From Phoronis australis (taxonomy: Eukaryota > Animalia > Phoronida), in NCBI GenBank assembly GCA_002633005.1, contig NMRA01000439.1:186001-250000 (forward strand): a stretch of DNA of 64,000 nt, in the 5' to 3' direction. Below are positions 51,195 to 62,894 of this stretch, one piece after another. The notes under the pieces are model-generated. The model saw only the letters and a program-made list of their open reading frames with translations. It was not told where the DNA came from and searched no databases. A program made the translations under genes and the position numbers. Every line of letters starts with the position of its first letter. Position 1 is the stretch's first letter.

Positions 51195-52230
51195 CTGAAA
51201 AAAGGTCAAAGGTTAGCAGTGTTAGTAGTGTTAGTGCAGGAAACTAACAGTCAACACAGCAACAGAACAATGAAAAGAAACATGTAAGAATGACAAGCAT
51301 GAGATTCACTAGGTGGCGCTTGAGAAACAACAAACTGTACCACTACAGAAAAGTCATGAATACAGAGGAGCGTGTCAGAGCTGGTATAACACATACACCC
51401 CCAGGAACACGATTTGAGGGCTGAATGAATATCGTCCCCATTCTCCTATCAAAATAATTCAAACTCGTTGAAAATTCCCCTCATTTCAGCTTTTTAGGAA
51501 AATCAGTATCCGAATTTGAGGGCATTTCACTGTTATTGCAGACCTGAAGTTGTTCGTATTATAAATAATTTAGTTGTTTATTTCTCGAAACAAAACAAGG
51601 TGGACAAAAAGACATACTTCCAGTGTTTTATGCTAATTTTCTGTGATGGCCTCATAACCTTTGACATCCTGTCTCTCATGTGACTAAAGCGTCTCCAACT
51701 TGAATGTCCCAAATTCCCCAAATATACAAAAATGCACTCAGTTATGTTATTAGTGTTTCCCTCACTTAACTCGGTGCACTTGTGACAACACACAACCAGC
51801 TTTTCCGGTTTATTTCTACGTTTTTTTAATAATGGACAAGCTCTGAGAAAACTGTTAAGGTTCAGTATCTCCTCATTCATTCCTGACCAGCAGTAAAATT
51901 CAGAGTTACTTGCTTCAGTCAGTGAGGACCTGTTTTGCTTTAACCATGACTTTTACTCCCCGGAAAAGTAGGTAAGGATCTTTGCATTAGGCAAAAGGTA
52001 AGTTTGGTGAAGTGTTTTCAAAGGCCACCTGCTTACATAATGTAAGGCAGGATGACGGACCTCTCTAAACCCTGAAAACTTTCTCAGGGACTGTAAAAAT
52101 TGAGGTAGATAGGGAACATTCTGTTCTACACTCTGAGAACTTCTGAATCAAATTTTATGTTAACATTCTGGAAATTCACAAGAAACAGTAGAGTTAAAGA
52201 ACGACAAATGTTTGAAATGCAAGAGCTCAC

Positions 52231-52302
52231 CATGTATTACTGGCTCATAGGTGCCACCACTTGGCTTTCTGGGTCCAATTGTTGATGGGGTGACTGGCCG
52301 TA
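52231..52302 (-). CDS. Gene C stalk exon (VRPVTPSTIGPRKPSGGTYEPVIH)
   Basis: ttgcag acceptor, G|GTGAGC donor, 72 nt, phase 1-1. Confidence 0.8.
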
Positions 52303-52917
52303 CTGCAATTCATAAAGAAAGCATGACTATGAACCTTACATGGTTCTGAAATAGTCGCGTCTAGAATTCAAGTCTTCCCTTTCGCAGGGGCAGAAAAACG
52401 TTTTGAATGATTTAAAATTTAGCCCACTAACAAACCACTGATTTCAGTCATACAAGTAACAAAACAGCATGTGTCCCTCCAAACACTAACCTACACTGAA
52501 AGACAAGAAACTGTTTTCAAGAACAAAGCAGGGTGATGACATGCACCCACCATGTTCATTCCACAGTTATAGATCCATTAAAACTAAAAAATCAACATTA
52601 GCTGTACTCTCCTCATTAGGAATGTATAGATCAAAGTTCCACCAAAGAATTTGATAGATATTTTAAAATATGGACAAACCAACAATTTGATTCTGGGGCA
52701 CCTACAAGTCAGATCCATGAAAAAATGAGACCATCGTCTCTCTTAATTGAATCCTATGCAGTCCCATCCATGACAGGATACCATGTTCAAAATTTCACAG
52801 ACATCAAACAAGGGGTTCAAGAGAGTACGTTCATATACGTATACATTTGGGCGCCAACCAGTGGCTCAGTTAATCATTTATCCACTAGATGTCACTGCAA
52901 ACAACTTTCAACCTTAC

Positions 52918-53052
52918 CACTGTTACTGATGCTAGTGGTCAAGCTAGGGACCTTGCTGGAGCTGCTTTTGCTGCTGCTGCTACTCCTGGCGGGGCTGCTA
53001 CTGGCGGGGCTGCTACGGGAGGGGCTACGACTGGCGGTGCTACCCATGACAG
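52918..53052 (-). CDS. Gene C Ser-rich stalk exon, copy 1 (VMGSTASRSPSRSSPASSS...)
   Basis: Same splice sites as copy 2, 135 nt, phase 1-1. Differs by an M/V substitution. Confidence 0.7.
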
Positions 53053-53724
53053 CTAAATAAGAGAAAACAAATTCAGAAACATTACAGGCAGGAGCTGCGA
53101 AACTTTTAGGGGCTCATTATCCTGTTATCAGCTCAATTAATAATTAAGACTCGCACACTTTAGTCAGTGAGGCTTAATTGCAATGCAGAATTAACAAATT
53201 AATGAACTTTACTCCAAAAATAGGGTCATGCGCGCACCCAGCCTAAAATATAGGGGAGGGGGGNAAAACAGCATGTGTCCCTCCAAACACTAACCTACAC
53301 TGAAAGACAAGAAACTGTTTTCAAGAACAAAGCAGGGCGGTGATATGCACCCACCATGTTCATTCCACAGTTATATATCCATTAAAGCTAAAAAATCAAA
53401 ATTAGCTGTCCTCTCCTCATTAGGAATGTATAGGTCAAAGTTCCACCAAAGAATTTGATAGATATTTTAAAATATGGACACACCGACAATTTGATTCTGA
53501 GGCACCTACAACAGTCAGATCCATGAAAAAAATGAGACCATCATCTCTCTTAATTGAATCCTATGCAGTCCCATCCATGACAGGATTATGAGTTCAAAAT
53601 TTCACAAACATCAAACAAGGGGTTCAAGAGAGTCCGTTCATATACGTATACATTTGGGCGCCAACCAGTGGCTCAGTTAATCATTTATCCACTAGATGTC
53701 ACTGCAAACAAATTTCAACCTTAC

Positions 53725-53859
53725 CACTGTTACTGATGCTAGTGGTCAAGCTAGGGACCTTGCTGGAGCTGCTTTTGCTGCTGCTGCTACTCCTGGCGGG
53801 GCTGCTACTGGCGGGGCTGCTACGGGAGGGGCTACGACTGGCGGTGCTACCCACGACAG
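53725..53859 (-). CDS. Gene C Ser-rich stalk exon, copy 2 (VVGSTASRSPSRSSPASSSPARSSSSSKSSSSKVPSLTTSISNS)
   Basis: atttag acceptor, G|GTAAGG donor, 135 nt, phase 1-1. Lies in the duplication adjoining the N at 53264. Confidence 0.6.
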
Positions 53860-54033
53860 CTAAATAAGAGAAAACAAATTCAGAAACATTACAGGCAGGA
53901 GCTGCGAAACTTTTAGGGGCTCATTATCCTGTTATCAGCTCAATTAATAATTAAGACTCGCACACTTTAGTCAGTGAGGCTTAACTGCAATGCAGAATTA
54001 ACAAATTAATGAACTTTACTCCAAAAATAGGGT

Positions 54034-54316
54034 CATGCGCGCACCCAGCCTAAAATATAGGGGAGGGGGGCTCGAATTCTTTGATATGCAGACCTTTTAC
54101 CGAAAAAAATCAATGACTAAAAAAAATTTAAAAAAAAACGGCGCAACTAGATTCAGGCCTGCCAATCGTGCATCCGCGCTGAATGCCTGTGGACTTTGAG
54201 GACTTTTGTCTCGTTTACTCAGACTTTTTGTTTCACTGAGGCGGACCTTTTTGCCCAATTCGCCAAATTGGAGGGCTCATTCGAGACCACCGAGCCCCCC
54301 CCTGGGTGCGGCCATG
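54034..54316. mobile_element. MITE with CATGCGCGCACCCAG / CTGGGTGCGGCCATG TIRs
   Basis: Inverted ends and a 5-bp direct repeat AGGGT on both sides. Confidence 0.65.
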
Positions 54317-55653
54317 AGGGTTATAGGGAACTATTTTCAGTTTCATTGATAGGAAAAAGCTGATGAGCTAACTTGCCTCATGTGACATTAATACCATCAG
54401 CTGATTTTAAAGGCCCACAGCTGCTTAATACATACACACAGTGCAGCAACCTTCAAACTTTGGGACAAGTGAAGACACTCATAGGCTGCTTGTCAAGATT
54501 TATCACTTATGTAGCAAGAGAATTCTAAATGAAAGCTCACTACCTCCACGGTGTATATAAGATTTTATTTCTCAAAAATGTGTGCAGACAATAGATACAT
54601 GTGCTTACAGGGATACCGGATTTTGATAACCAGTTTGATGCCTGTTGTCCAGTGGGGAAAACTGGTTCTCAAAATGAGGGACCCCTGTAAGTGACTCTTA
54701 CCAATTTGGACGGTAAAAGATTCCCTCTTTTCATATACACCCAGACCTTAACCAACTGCACAAATTTATGCAGCATCAGCCATAATTCTGCATGTCCTAA
54801 TTTACATACACGAGTACATTTAGATGTAATTTTGATCCTGAAATGCTATCTTCTGCTTACATGCAGAAAACAAGGATGGGCAACAAAGATAACCACAATG
54901 TCACCTTAATTTGCATTTTAAGACACGCCTTACAGTAGAAATCCTCTTTTCAGCAACTTTGACTGCGTGTAATGAGTCGACTGTGAGCAGCAATTCAACA
55001 ACCCTCCACTGCATTGAATGCAAAATCTTCCATTTACTATGTAAAATTAATGCAAGGACGGAGAAGTTTGTTTTGGTGTTATGCTTTAGAATCGAAACAC
55101 CACAAAGTTTTGATTTTTTCCCACAAATAAGTAGAGGTGATCGGTATTTCATTGTCAGTGCTTCAGACTTTTCTAAGAAAACTGACTACATCTTTCCGTA
55201 ATTCTTGTTGCAGATGTGGATGGCCACACTGGTGTGAGGACTTTTGTACTCGTGTCAAATAACACGACTTGTTTTGATGCATAACATGCAAACAATGGTT
55301 TTAATTTGAATGCTGTTTCATTTGCCAAGCTTGGGACCAGCAACTTTAAATAAGCCTTTTTCAAAAGAAATGAGATTTTGTATCCACAATTATTATGCAG
55401 GGTATATGGTGATAAATGATCCCAAAGGGCTCGGTACAAAAATATGGTTTGCACGCATCGTTGTAATTTTCTACAGTATGTATCACAAAATAAATCATCA
55501 AGTGTCCTAGAGGTTTTTGTGGCTGGGGCATGTACGAAAACTCCCGCACGCGGAGGTGCAATAATAGTTGAATAACGGTCAGTAGTGCGATTCTACACGA
55601 TCTTACTCACTAGACACTAGCCGAAGTGGATGCATTTTTAATGATATACTTAC

Positions 55654-55720
55654 TTGTAGTGCTGGGTGTTGGAATATCAGGAGGGGTGCCAGTGCTGGTT
55701 GTGAACACTGTGGAGGAAAA
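55654..55720 (-). CDS. Gene C duplicated stalk exon (FSSTVFTTSTGTPPDIPTPSTT); 5' boundary uncertain
   Basis: Paralogous to 56938-57009 with an intact GTAAGT donor. The homologous phase-1 acceptor is mutated (cag->ctg); an alternative phase-1 acceptor lies near 55787. Confidence 0.45.
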
Positions 55721-56937
55721 CTGTGCAGTCAGATACACTACGACATGTTGGTCAGTGTCAGACCGGGGGTTCTCCTTTAGAGAGACTAGAAGTTGTGAGG
55801 TCCTGGCGACCAAGGACAGAACGTGTGAGGTCCTGGGGACCAAGTATACTAATTGCAGACAGTGAGGGGTATTTATTAGACATTGTGCAACAAAAGTCTA
55901 ATCTACAAAAATGGCTAAACATGAACTATGGGGAACATAAACAGCAGTAAAAATTCTTCAATTTGGGACTGTTGCCTGGGTTTGATTTTTAAAAAAATGA
56001 GACATTAGTAATTTTGGTTCTATCACATTCTCAAAATCTGGGTACTGAGTCTTTTGTAAGAAAGTGTAACTCCAAGTTGAGGCACATGTAATGAACTCTC
56101 AATATCTGGACATTGGTCAGTTGGCGACTTTTTGCGATTCTTCCATTTCGAAAGTCTAGGACAACTTTCACGCCTTTGACAAATAGACAATTTAAATTTA
56201 TAAGGTTTCAATTTGAAGAATTTTTAATGCAATGAGACACAATTCAGATATGCATGAAGTGAAAGACAATAGAAATTAAGACTGGTGTTATGTGCGTTGG
56301 TGTTCCGAAACAGAAGGAATGTTTTTTGTTTGATATAACCTCATTTTTATCTTACCAGGATTTTTCGTAGATAAGTCCAACCGATGAAATGGCCATGGGT
56401 GTTTATTCGAAAAAATTAAGCCGAATATTGACCCATGGGTGGTTATTTGGTGTTACAACTTCTGGTGTCAAGTGTTCGGAAAGTGGGGCATTTATTCCGA
56501 AAATTTCCCCTCAAAAGTGTCAAGTTTTAGTCAGAAATTCAGTTTTGTAAGGCAAACAAAGTGTTGGCGAACAAAGTGTTGGCGAACTATGCATTTATTA
56601 ACATAAGATTTAAAAACAATTTTAAGTGAAAAATGTCAAAGTCAGGAAACTTCTTAATCTAGGGCTATGTGTATTCAGTCCATGCTGACATTTGGGTAGC
56701 CAAAACTGTGACTGTTTACACGCCCTCCTTTTTTGAATAAACGTCCGGACAGTTATTTGGTGTTACTAAAACACCTGAAAATTTTTTGTTTTCTGACTAC
56801 ACGCCCACGGAATTATCTACGGAAAATCCTGGTACAAGATCTAGGAAACTCGCAATAGCCGACATAGCTACTGTACTTCCACTACCAGATTACAGTAAGA
56901 CAATAGCCCACGAGAACACCCCTGGTGATATACTTAC

Positions 56938-57009
56938 GTGTTGTACTGGGTGCTGCAATATCAGGTGGGGTGCCCGTGCTGGCTGGGAACACTGTGAAGG
57001 GAAACTGTG
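56938..57009 (-). CDS. Gene C stalk exon (AQFPFTVFPASTGTPPDIAAPSTT)
   Basis: ttgacag acceptor, C|GTAAGT donor, 72 nt, phase 1-1. Confidence 0.65.
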
Positions 57010-58939
57010 CTGTCAAATATACAGTGACATGGTGGACGATATCAGCCCAAGGGTTCTTCCACAGAAAGAATTGTAGGCAGGGACGCGCTGCCACCTGAAC
57101 TTTGTTAGGTGAAGAATTTGGCTGTACTGCAGCCACAGTTTTAGAACACAGAGGACTGAAGGATAATCTGAGGTGTACGGTAAAATCTCATTAATTTCAG
57201 ACAAGACAAAAAAAATAATTGCCAAAATTGACCTTTTTCATTTTCATCAGCTTCCAACATTGTTGCCGAGGCCCACAACTTTTCAAAATGGTAACTTAAA
57301 AAAGTTAAAACGACGATTTCATGCTGCTTGTCTTTCATGATGAAAACATAACTTCACACGTCTGCCATATTGTGTCCTAAACATGTGATATTTTACGGAG
57401 CATCTGTGAAGTTCTACTGTTTCATCTAGTGTAGACAACGTTTATCATTTCTTTGGATTAAGTTTTTTCAGTCATAAATTGGAATCGGCCTGCTCTAGAT
57501 TACACGTTTTTCCTGTGGAACTATCACACAGCTAGTCAGCAAGTCCCTGCATGTTTTCGCACTACACGTCAAAAATAATCGCATAAAGCGACCAATTTCT
57601 CATTCAGATCAGCAGGCACAAGAGGAATCCCGTCATGGCAGCTGAGTGCAAGCTGAATGCCCCGTCATAATAGCTGGAATGAGGCGTCATCCAAAATTTT
57701 TCCCAATCAGTTTTGATCTGTATAGTGTTATTGAGAACCCTTGGGTATTAGATGTACACTGCACGGTCTTAGCAACCGAGTATACAGGGACGGTGTGTAA
57801 ACAGACATTGTGAAACAAAATATCACATGACTTGAGTGTGAATTGCACTAAATGGTTATCATAAGCTCAAGAAAGCTTTGATGGGAATTTGTACATGTAA
57901 CACAAAAAAATTTGTACGGTAAAAATTCCTCATATTCAGACAGTCATTTGGAATTGAGACACTGTTTTATTATGAGAAGTGCGACACGAATGATTTTGAC
58001 ATCGCCACACTTTTCAAATTCCGGGAGCTGCATTTTATCACAAAGTATTAACAAAATCTTGAAACATTTCGTTCATACAAATACTGTGACTGTTGATAAA
58101 TAAGCTGTATTTTGCTTAGCCTAACTTGCAAGTTTCTACAGTGGAGAGAAACTTCCAAGCACTAGACAATATGTAAAAGAATTTTAAACTCTTCAAATTG
58201 AAGAATGTTTACCGTGACACTATTTGAGGTGCGCAACGTGTAGGACAAACAAACGCTCAAGTGTACGTGTGCCTGCACAACGTGCTGGTGTTTGAAAGCC
58301 GGTTACAACTGTAAGTCAACCTCAAGAAATACCACGCAACCATTTAACCCACAGTTGTTACCATTCCAAAATGGAATAAAATAAATTATAAGCTCGTAAA
58401 AAGAATTCTTTTTTATACTGGCTTACAGACCGATGCTTTTTGATTGATTGATAGATTTATTTAACAATGATCGTCTACAAAATTCTGGTAAATGTCATGA
58501 AATTGCATGCACTGTTTGTAATATGTAACTGTGTTTCACAAAAATGTAAGAACTAGAAAAAGACCATCAGCTGTAATGTTTTTGATGGTTTGCACTCAAT
58601 GATGTTTTCCTTTTCCTAGAATTTTTGTTACCCTCGAGTTCTTTTCCCACAAAACTGTAGACAAACAGTACACTTTGGCTAAAGTTTATCACCGACAAGA
58701 AAAATTGAATGCATGAAATCACCACCACAAACTATGACTCACAAAATGACATTAATTTGCCCATGAAATTTTCCACGAGTTAGTCACTACTTTTTAATTT
58801 CTCACCAGTTTTTATCCTTTTTCATTTTCCAAGACTTTTCTATTATTCTACAGAATTTTTTGTTATTTTCCATGTTTTCCCAGGTTTCCCAATTTTCCCC
58901 GTCGAGAAGGGCCCCCTGTTGTTGCCAGCCTTCACTCAC

Positions 58940-59113
58940 CCATATTGACGCTGCATATGTAACCCGTGGTGTCATCACAGGTCACGTCGTTCCACGTGCC
59001 GTCCCACTTCATTTCAACGCAGTTCTCTGACCCCTTGCCGTTGACATCGTTGGGCTCCCCACGTCTCCAGTTGGTGTACTGCACAGGTGAGCCATCCTTC
59101 CACACTAAGGCAC
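58940..59113 (-). CDS. Gene C exon: C-terminal half of CTLD (W.DGS..YTNW..GEPN...ENCVEM...WNDVTC....YIC)
   Basis: ttgcag acceptor, G|GTGAGT donor, 174 nt, phase 1-1. EPN+WND is the established Ca2+-dependent mannose-type site. Confidence 0.95.
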
Positions 59114-60287
59114 CTGCAAGCAATGGTAATGACAACTAGATAATTATGTGGACTGTCTTGAATTTTTGCAGGCCAACCCATATCCAGCAGGTACACAACA
59201 ACCTATTGAACCAATGACCACTTTCAGAGCAGTACACGTCAAAGAAATTGACGGAGATAAAATCCCACTTCTTCCTGTGAAGACTAATCCTGCTTACAGA
59301 ATTCAGGGCCCTCAATCCCTCGGTTTTGCGGTCGACATTCGGCCCCATTTTCCCCTGAAAAATATTAAAAAATTACGCAAAAATCCTCTCAGGAGGCCCA
59401 AACATTTCCCTTAAGATTCAAATCACTTGTAACTAACACAGGTGACGATTTGAAACAGCACAAAATGTTAGTTTTGGCTACTTGAGGCACAGCCTAGGAG
59501 GGTTGGTAACAAGGGAGGAGAGCTATAACTGAAGGTAACTAATAGAATTTTCCCTCACCCAAAAAAATCTCCCCTCAGAAGGCGCAAGCATTTTCCCCAC
59601 AGCAGAACAATGGCCTGAAATTAATGCTTCAGAATATACATTTTACTGTATAATTTTAACCTTGTTAACATTCCCCAGTAAATTCCATTCGTGACGGCTA
59701 CTTTGATAATGAATTCCATTGGATGCCAGACAGAGAGACCTGCAGAAAGTCGTGTGGTCAGACAAATGGAAATGGCTGCATTAAGTGCACACATTACGCA
59801 TGATTATGTGAAAGCTACAAAAAAACAATTGTCGATATAGTGGCAACACATTGAAATTTGCAACGTCACTAGATGGTGATTTGTGCATTTTGTGCGCAAA
59901 TGTACAGGGACACCAGTCCTACAGATTTTAAAGCAGCGTTGAAATTTCACACATTTTTCCACATATTTACCATCACCATGTCGTTAAATGAATCTTGCTG
60001 TATGGTGGGATGTTCAAATGACTCATGCGAAAAGGTCTTATGTTGCTAATTGGCCATAAATGAAAGAAACTGTGTTTCATCTTGGTCAACTCTGCCAGTT
60101 TCAACCACTGAATATTGAAACTGGAGTCAAAAAGGAGTTGCTTTTTTGTTTTCACTATGCTAAAAAGTTGAATATCGAATGTTTTGCAATATTTTGACCC
60201 AAATTAAAGCATTCGTATGTCATTTGAAATCAATCACAGTATCAACAATCATCGGACCTTGTTGCTATGGCAACGACAAAACCTCAC

Positions 60288-60557
60288 CGTTCCTATTTTT
60301 CAGTAGACCAATCCACAGACTCCTCCTAGTTTGCTGAGCAATGTACTGCACAATGAAGGTCTGCTCTGTGGCACTGTGGATACTCGTTAATTCTGCGTTT
60401 TCCACGGTACACTTCAGACTGGCATCGCTGAACGAGACGATGTCATCGAGGCGGAACAGATAGCACTTCCCAGCATCGTGTAGTGGCACCCACGTGTTCC
60501 CGTCGAGAGGGCAACGGCCATTAGAGGGCACTAGTGTGAACGGCGGTGTTACACTGT
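60288..60557 (-). CDS. Gene C exon: N-terminal half of C-type lectin domain (CPLDGNTW...KCYLF...C...LTSIHS..EQ.FI...LWIGL)
   Basis: ttgcag acceptor, G|GTGAGG donor, 270 nt, phase 1-1, canonical CTLD residues. Confidence 0.93.
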
Positions 60558-60570
60558 CTGCAAGAAGTAA

Positions 60571-61315
60571 TTTTATGCTCGGAATATGTCCCGAAAATAA
60601 TAGGTGCGTCGCAAGCTCCGTTTCCAGAGATACAAAGGAGACCGTGTATAGGCGATATAAGGTCATTTATTATGACTGATAAGGTACAGAAATATGAGTG
60701 TACAAATAACATAAAGATAAAATAATAATCTCTGGAAAGATGGGCAATAAAAAGCGCCAGCACTCAGGTAAGAGGAACTACCCAAAGTAGAGGGTGGTAG
60801 AGGGTGGGAAAAATGAAGAGAGATTAGGTCGAACCTAAGTGCTGCAAAGCGAAGTATAGATGGCAGGAAATATAACTTTCTTGAGAACAAAGGTGCCCTA
60901 TGACACGTGACAATCATCAGCCTATGGGAGCCAGGAGCTGACCAAACTCGTGGCAGTAATACAAACGAACCAATAGTGAGGTTGGAAATGGAATGTCCTA
61001 GTGCCTTGAGTGCAGGAGGACCGCATGCGAATCTACACAAGGGGTTATTGGACGAGTCCGAAAGATGGGGGTATAAGAGGGACGAGTGCATATTCTCGCA
61101 TAAATATATTTAACGAGTGAAATGTCATTTATGCTCGGAATATGTCTCGAAAATAATAGGTGCGTCGCAAGCTCCGTTTCAAGAGATACAAAGGAGACCG
61201 TGTATAGGCGATATAAGGTCATTTATTATGACTGATAAGGTACAGAAATATGAGTGTACAAATAACATTAAGATAAAATAATAATCTCTGGAAAGATGGG
61301 CAATAAAAAGCGCCA
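60571..61315. mobile_element. Short element with near-identical ~187-bp terminal direct repeats (60571-60758, 61128-61315); TRIM-like
   Basis: The two copies differ at only a few bases. The ~370-bp interior is non-coding and has a purine-rich tract. Confidence 0.6.
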
Positions 61316-62894
61316 CGAGAGATGTTGAAGACATCTCATGCCCATCCGCAGGGATGCAAATTTTTTAGTCATCCGTACTCATCACAGACTATACCCAAAA
61401 GCAGTTAAGATGAGATGGTCATGTACACATGAGTACAGCATCTGGACAGCGTTGTATACACAAACAAGCCCTAAAGATAAACTACTTGATATCTGGTCAA
61501 GCGCACATCACAATAAACAAGCATCATTCAATGAATGTAAAAAATATCATAATTGTTACCACAATTATAAGAACTCATACAAAAAAACATTATCATTATT
61601 AATAATATTAATACTATATTGATTGAATGTGCCAGAAAAAGTTTGATTTCACTGTAAATAAATAGAGCCCGAGTTTTTGATAAAATAACAAAAATGTTCT
61701 GCGTACATTAACACATAAATACATAACCGGAGATAACAGTCTCAACACTTACACTACTGGAAGCCATTCTTGTATACTGAATTCCCACTACTACTGACAT
61801 CTATTGACCAACAATGATACTAACTGCAGAGAGGTCAAGATTACGACTGATGCAGTACACTGCAGGGTGCCAGCTGCTTTTAATCGCCCATCATCCCAGT
61901 ATGTCATACTTTTGTCATTTTCGTAAGTATTTCATATTTCTCAACTTTCTCTTCTCTATAGTCGTAACAAAGGACAATTTATCACCCACTTGCACATATA
62001 GAGATACGTGCACTGAGACATATGAACCCACCTGGGTTCCTTGCTTTTGTATTATGTGTGAATCAATTGAACATTTAAATAAATGTATTTCTTTCAAGTA
62101 ACAGGTTTAGTTCTATTATGTCTAATTCTATGAAAGAAAAAACTAGCCAAACAAAAAACAATACTGCGTACATGATATTTTTGTAATCAGCTACCAACAA
62201 AACCAGATAGCACACTTTAAAGTACACCTCACATAGATTTTTTTAACCACTGAAATATATCTCCCATATTATACTGACACAAACAAGATAAAATAGATTT
62301 GTTTGGTTTTTTACAAAAGAAGATGAACTTGCTTCGAAGACATTATTTTTTTAAAAAAGAAATTCATTGCAACGCAATAATTCTGTGAAGGATATGATAT
62401 TAGAATCACCTTAACTCAATATCTGAATAGGTGCTGATAGTCAACTTTAGCCTCATCAAATTTAGGCTTGGGAAAACAAAAGTCAACATGCCTTTCACGT
62501 ATTGCAGCATAAAAAACCCACAAAATGAATCTTAGCCATACGGTAAAAATTATCGAAACTGGGAATTTGGGACTTGGAAACTAAAGGAAATATTGAATTT
62601 TCTTGATGCTGGAATGCGGGACAAGGGCGGTTTTTGGCATTCACGATATTTCTCAAATTTCAGAAGTGTCGTCAATCCACAGAGTCTGTCATTTTATTTT
62701 CTTTACAATGATTCTTAAATTTTGGATGGGATAAGCTCAGACCTTGAGCAAAATAACTCATTTTTCACTGGCTCAAATTAGAGAAATTTTACCATAACCA
62801 AACTACAAGTCAACACCCTAATTTTACACAGCAAGGTCTTTGTCACAGGAACTGATTGAGTGTTTCTGCAGCCAGAGAGCATGGCATCGAACTG

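Larger units (their letters stand above)
52461..54070 (+). repeat. Near-identical ~803-bp tandem duplication either side of the N at 53264
   Basis: 52461-53263 vs 53265-54070 differ by scattered SNPs and small indels. Confidence 0.9.
50872..60557 (-). other. Gene C (3' part): macrophage-mannose-receptor-like / C-type lectin type I transmembrane endocytic receptor
   Basis: CTLD with WIGL, EPN and WND motifs, Ser/Thr/Pro stalk exons, TM helix and cytoplasmic FDNALY (cf. FENTLY of vertebrate MRC1). All called introns are phase 1. The 5' end was not found in the window. Confidence 0.85.

Noticed and set aside
52725-53060. Plus-strand poly-Leu ORF resembling a membrane or signal sequence
   Set aside because: Antisense reading of the AGC-rich Ser exon of gene C.
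52461-54070. Tandem duplication of the Ser-rich stalk exon as a real exon expansion
   Set aside because: The copies are near-identical and meet exactly at an N gap, the typical signature of two haplotype contigs joined with unmerged overlap. Long reads are needed.
60675-60710. Hammerhead ribozyme (retrozyme) in the 187-bp direct repeats (CTGATAAG-GTAC..GTAC-AAA)
   Set aside because: The catalytic G8 and G12 equivalents are absent and stems I and III are not evident.
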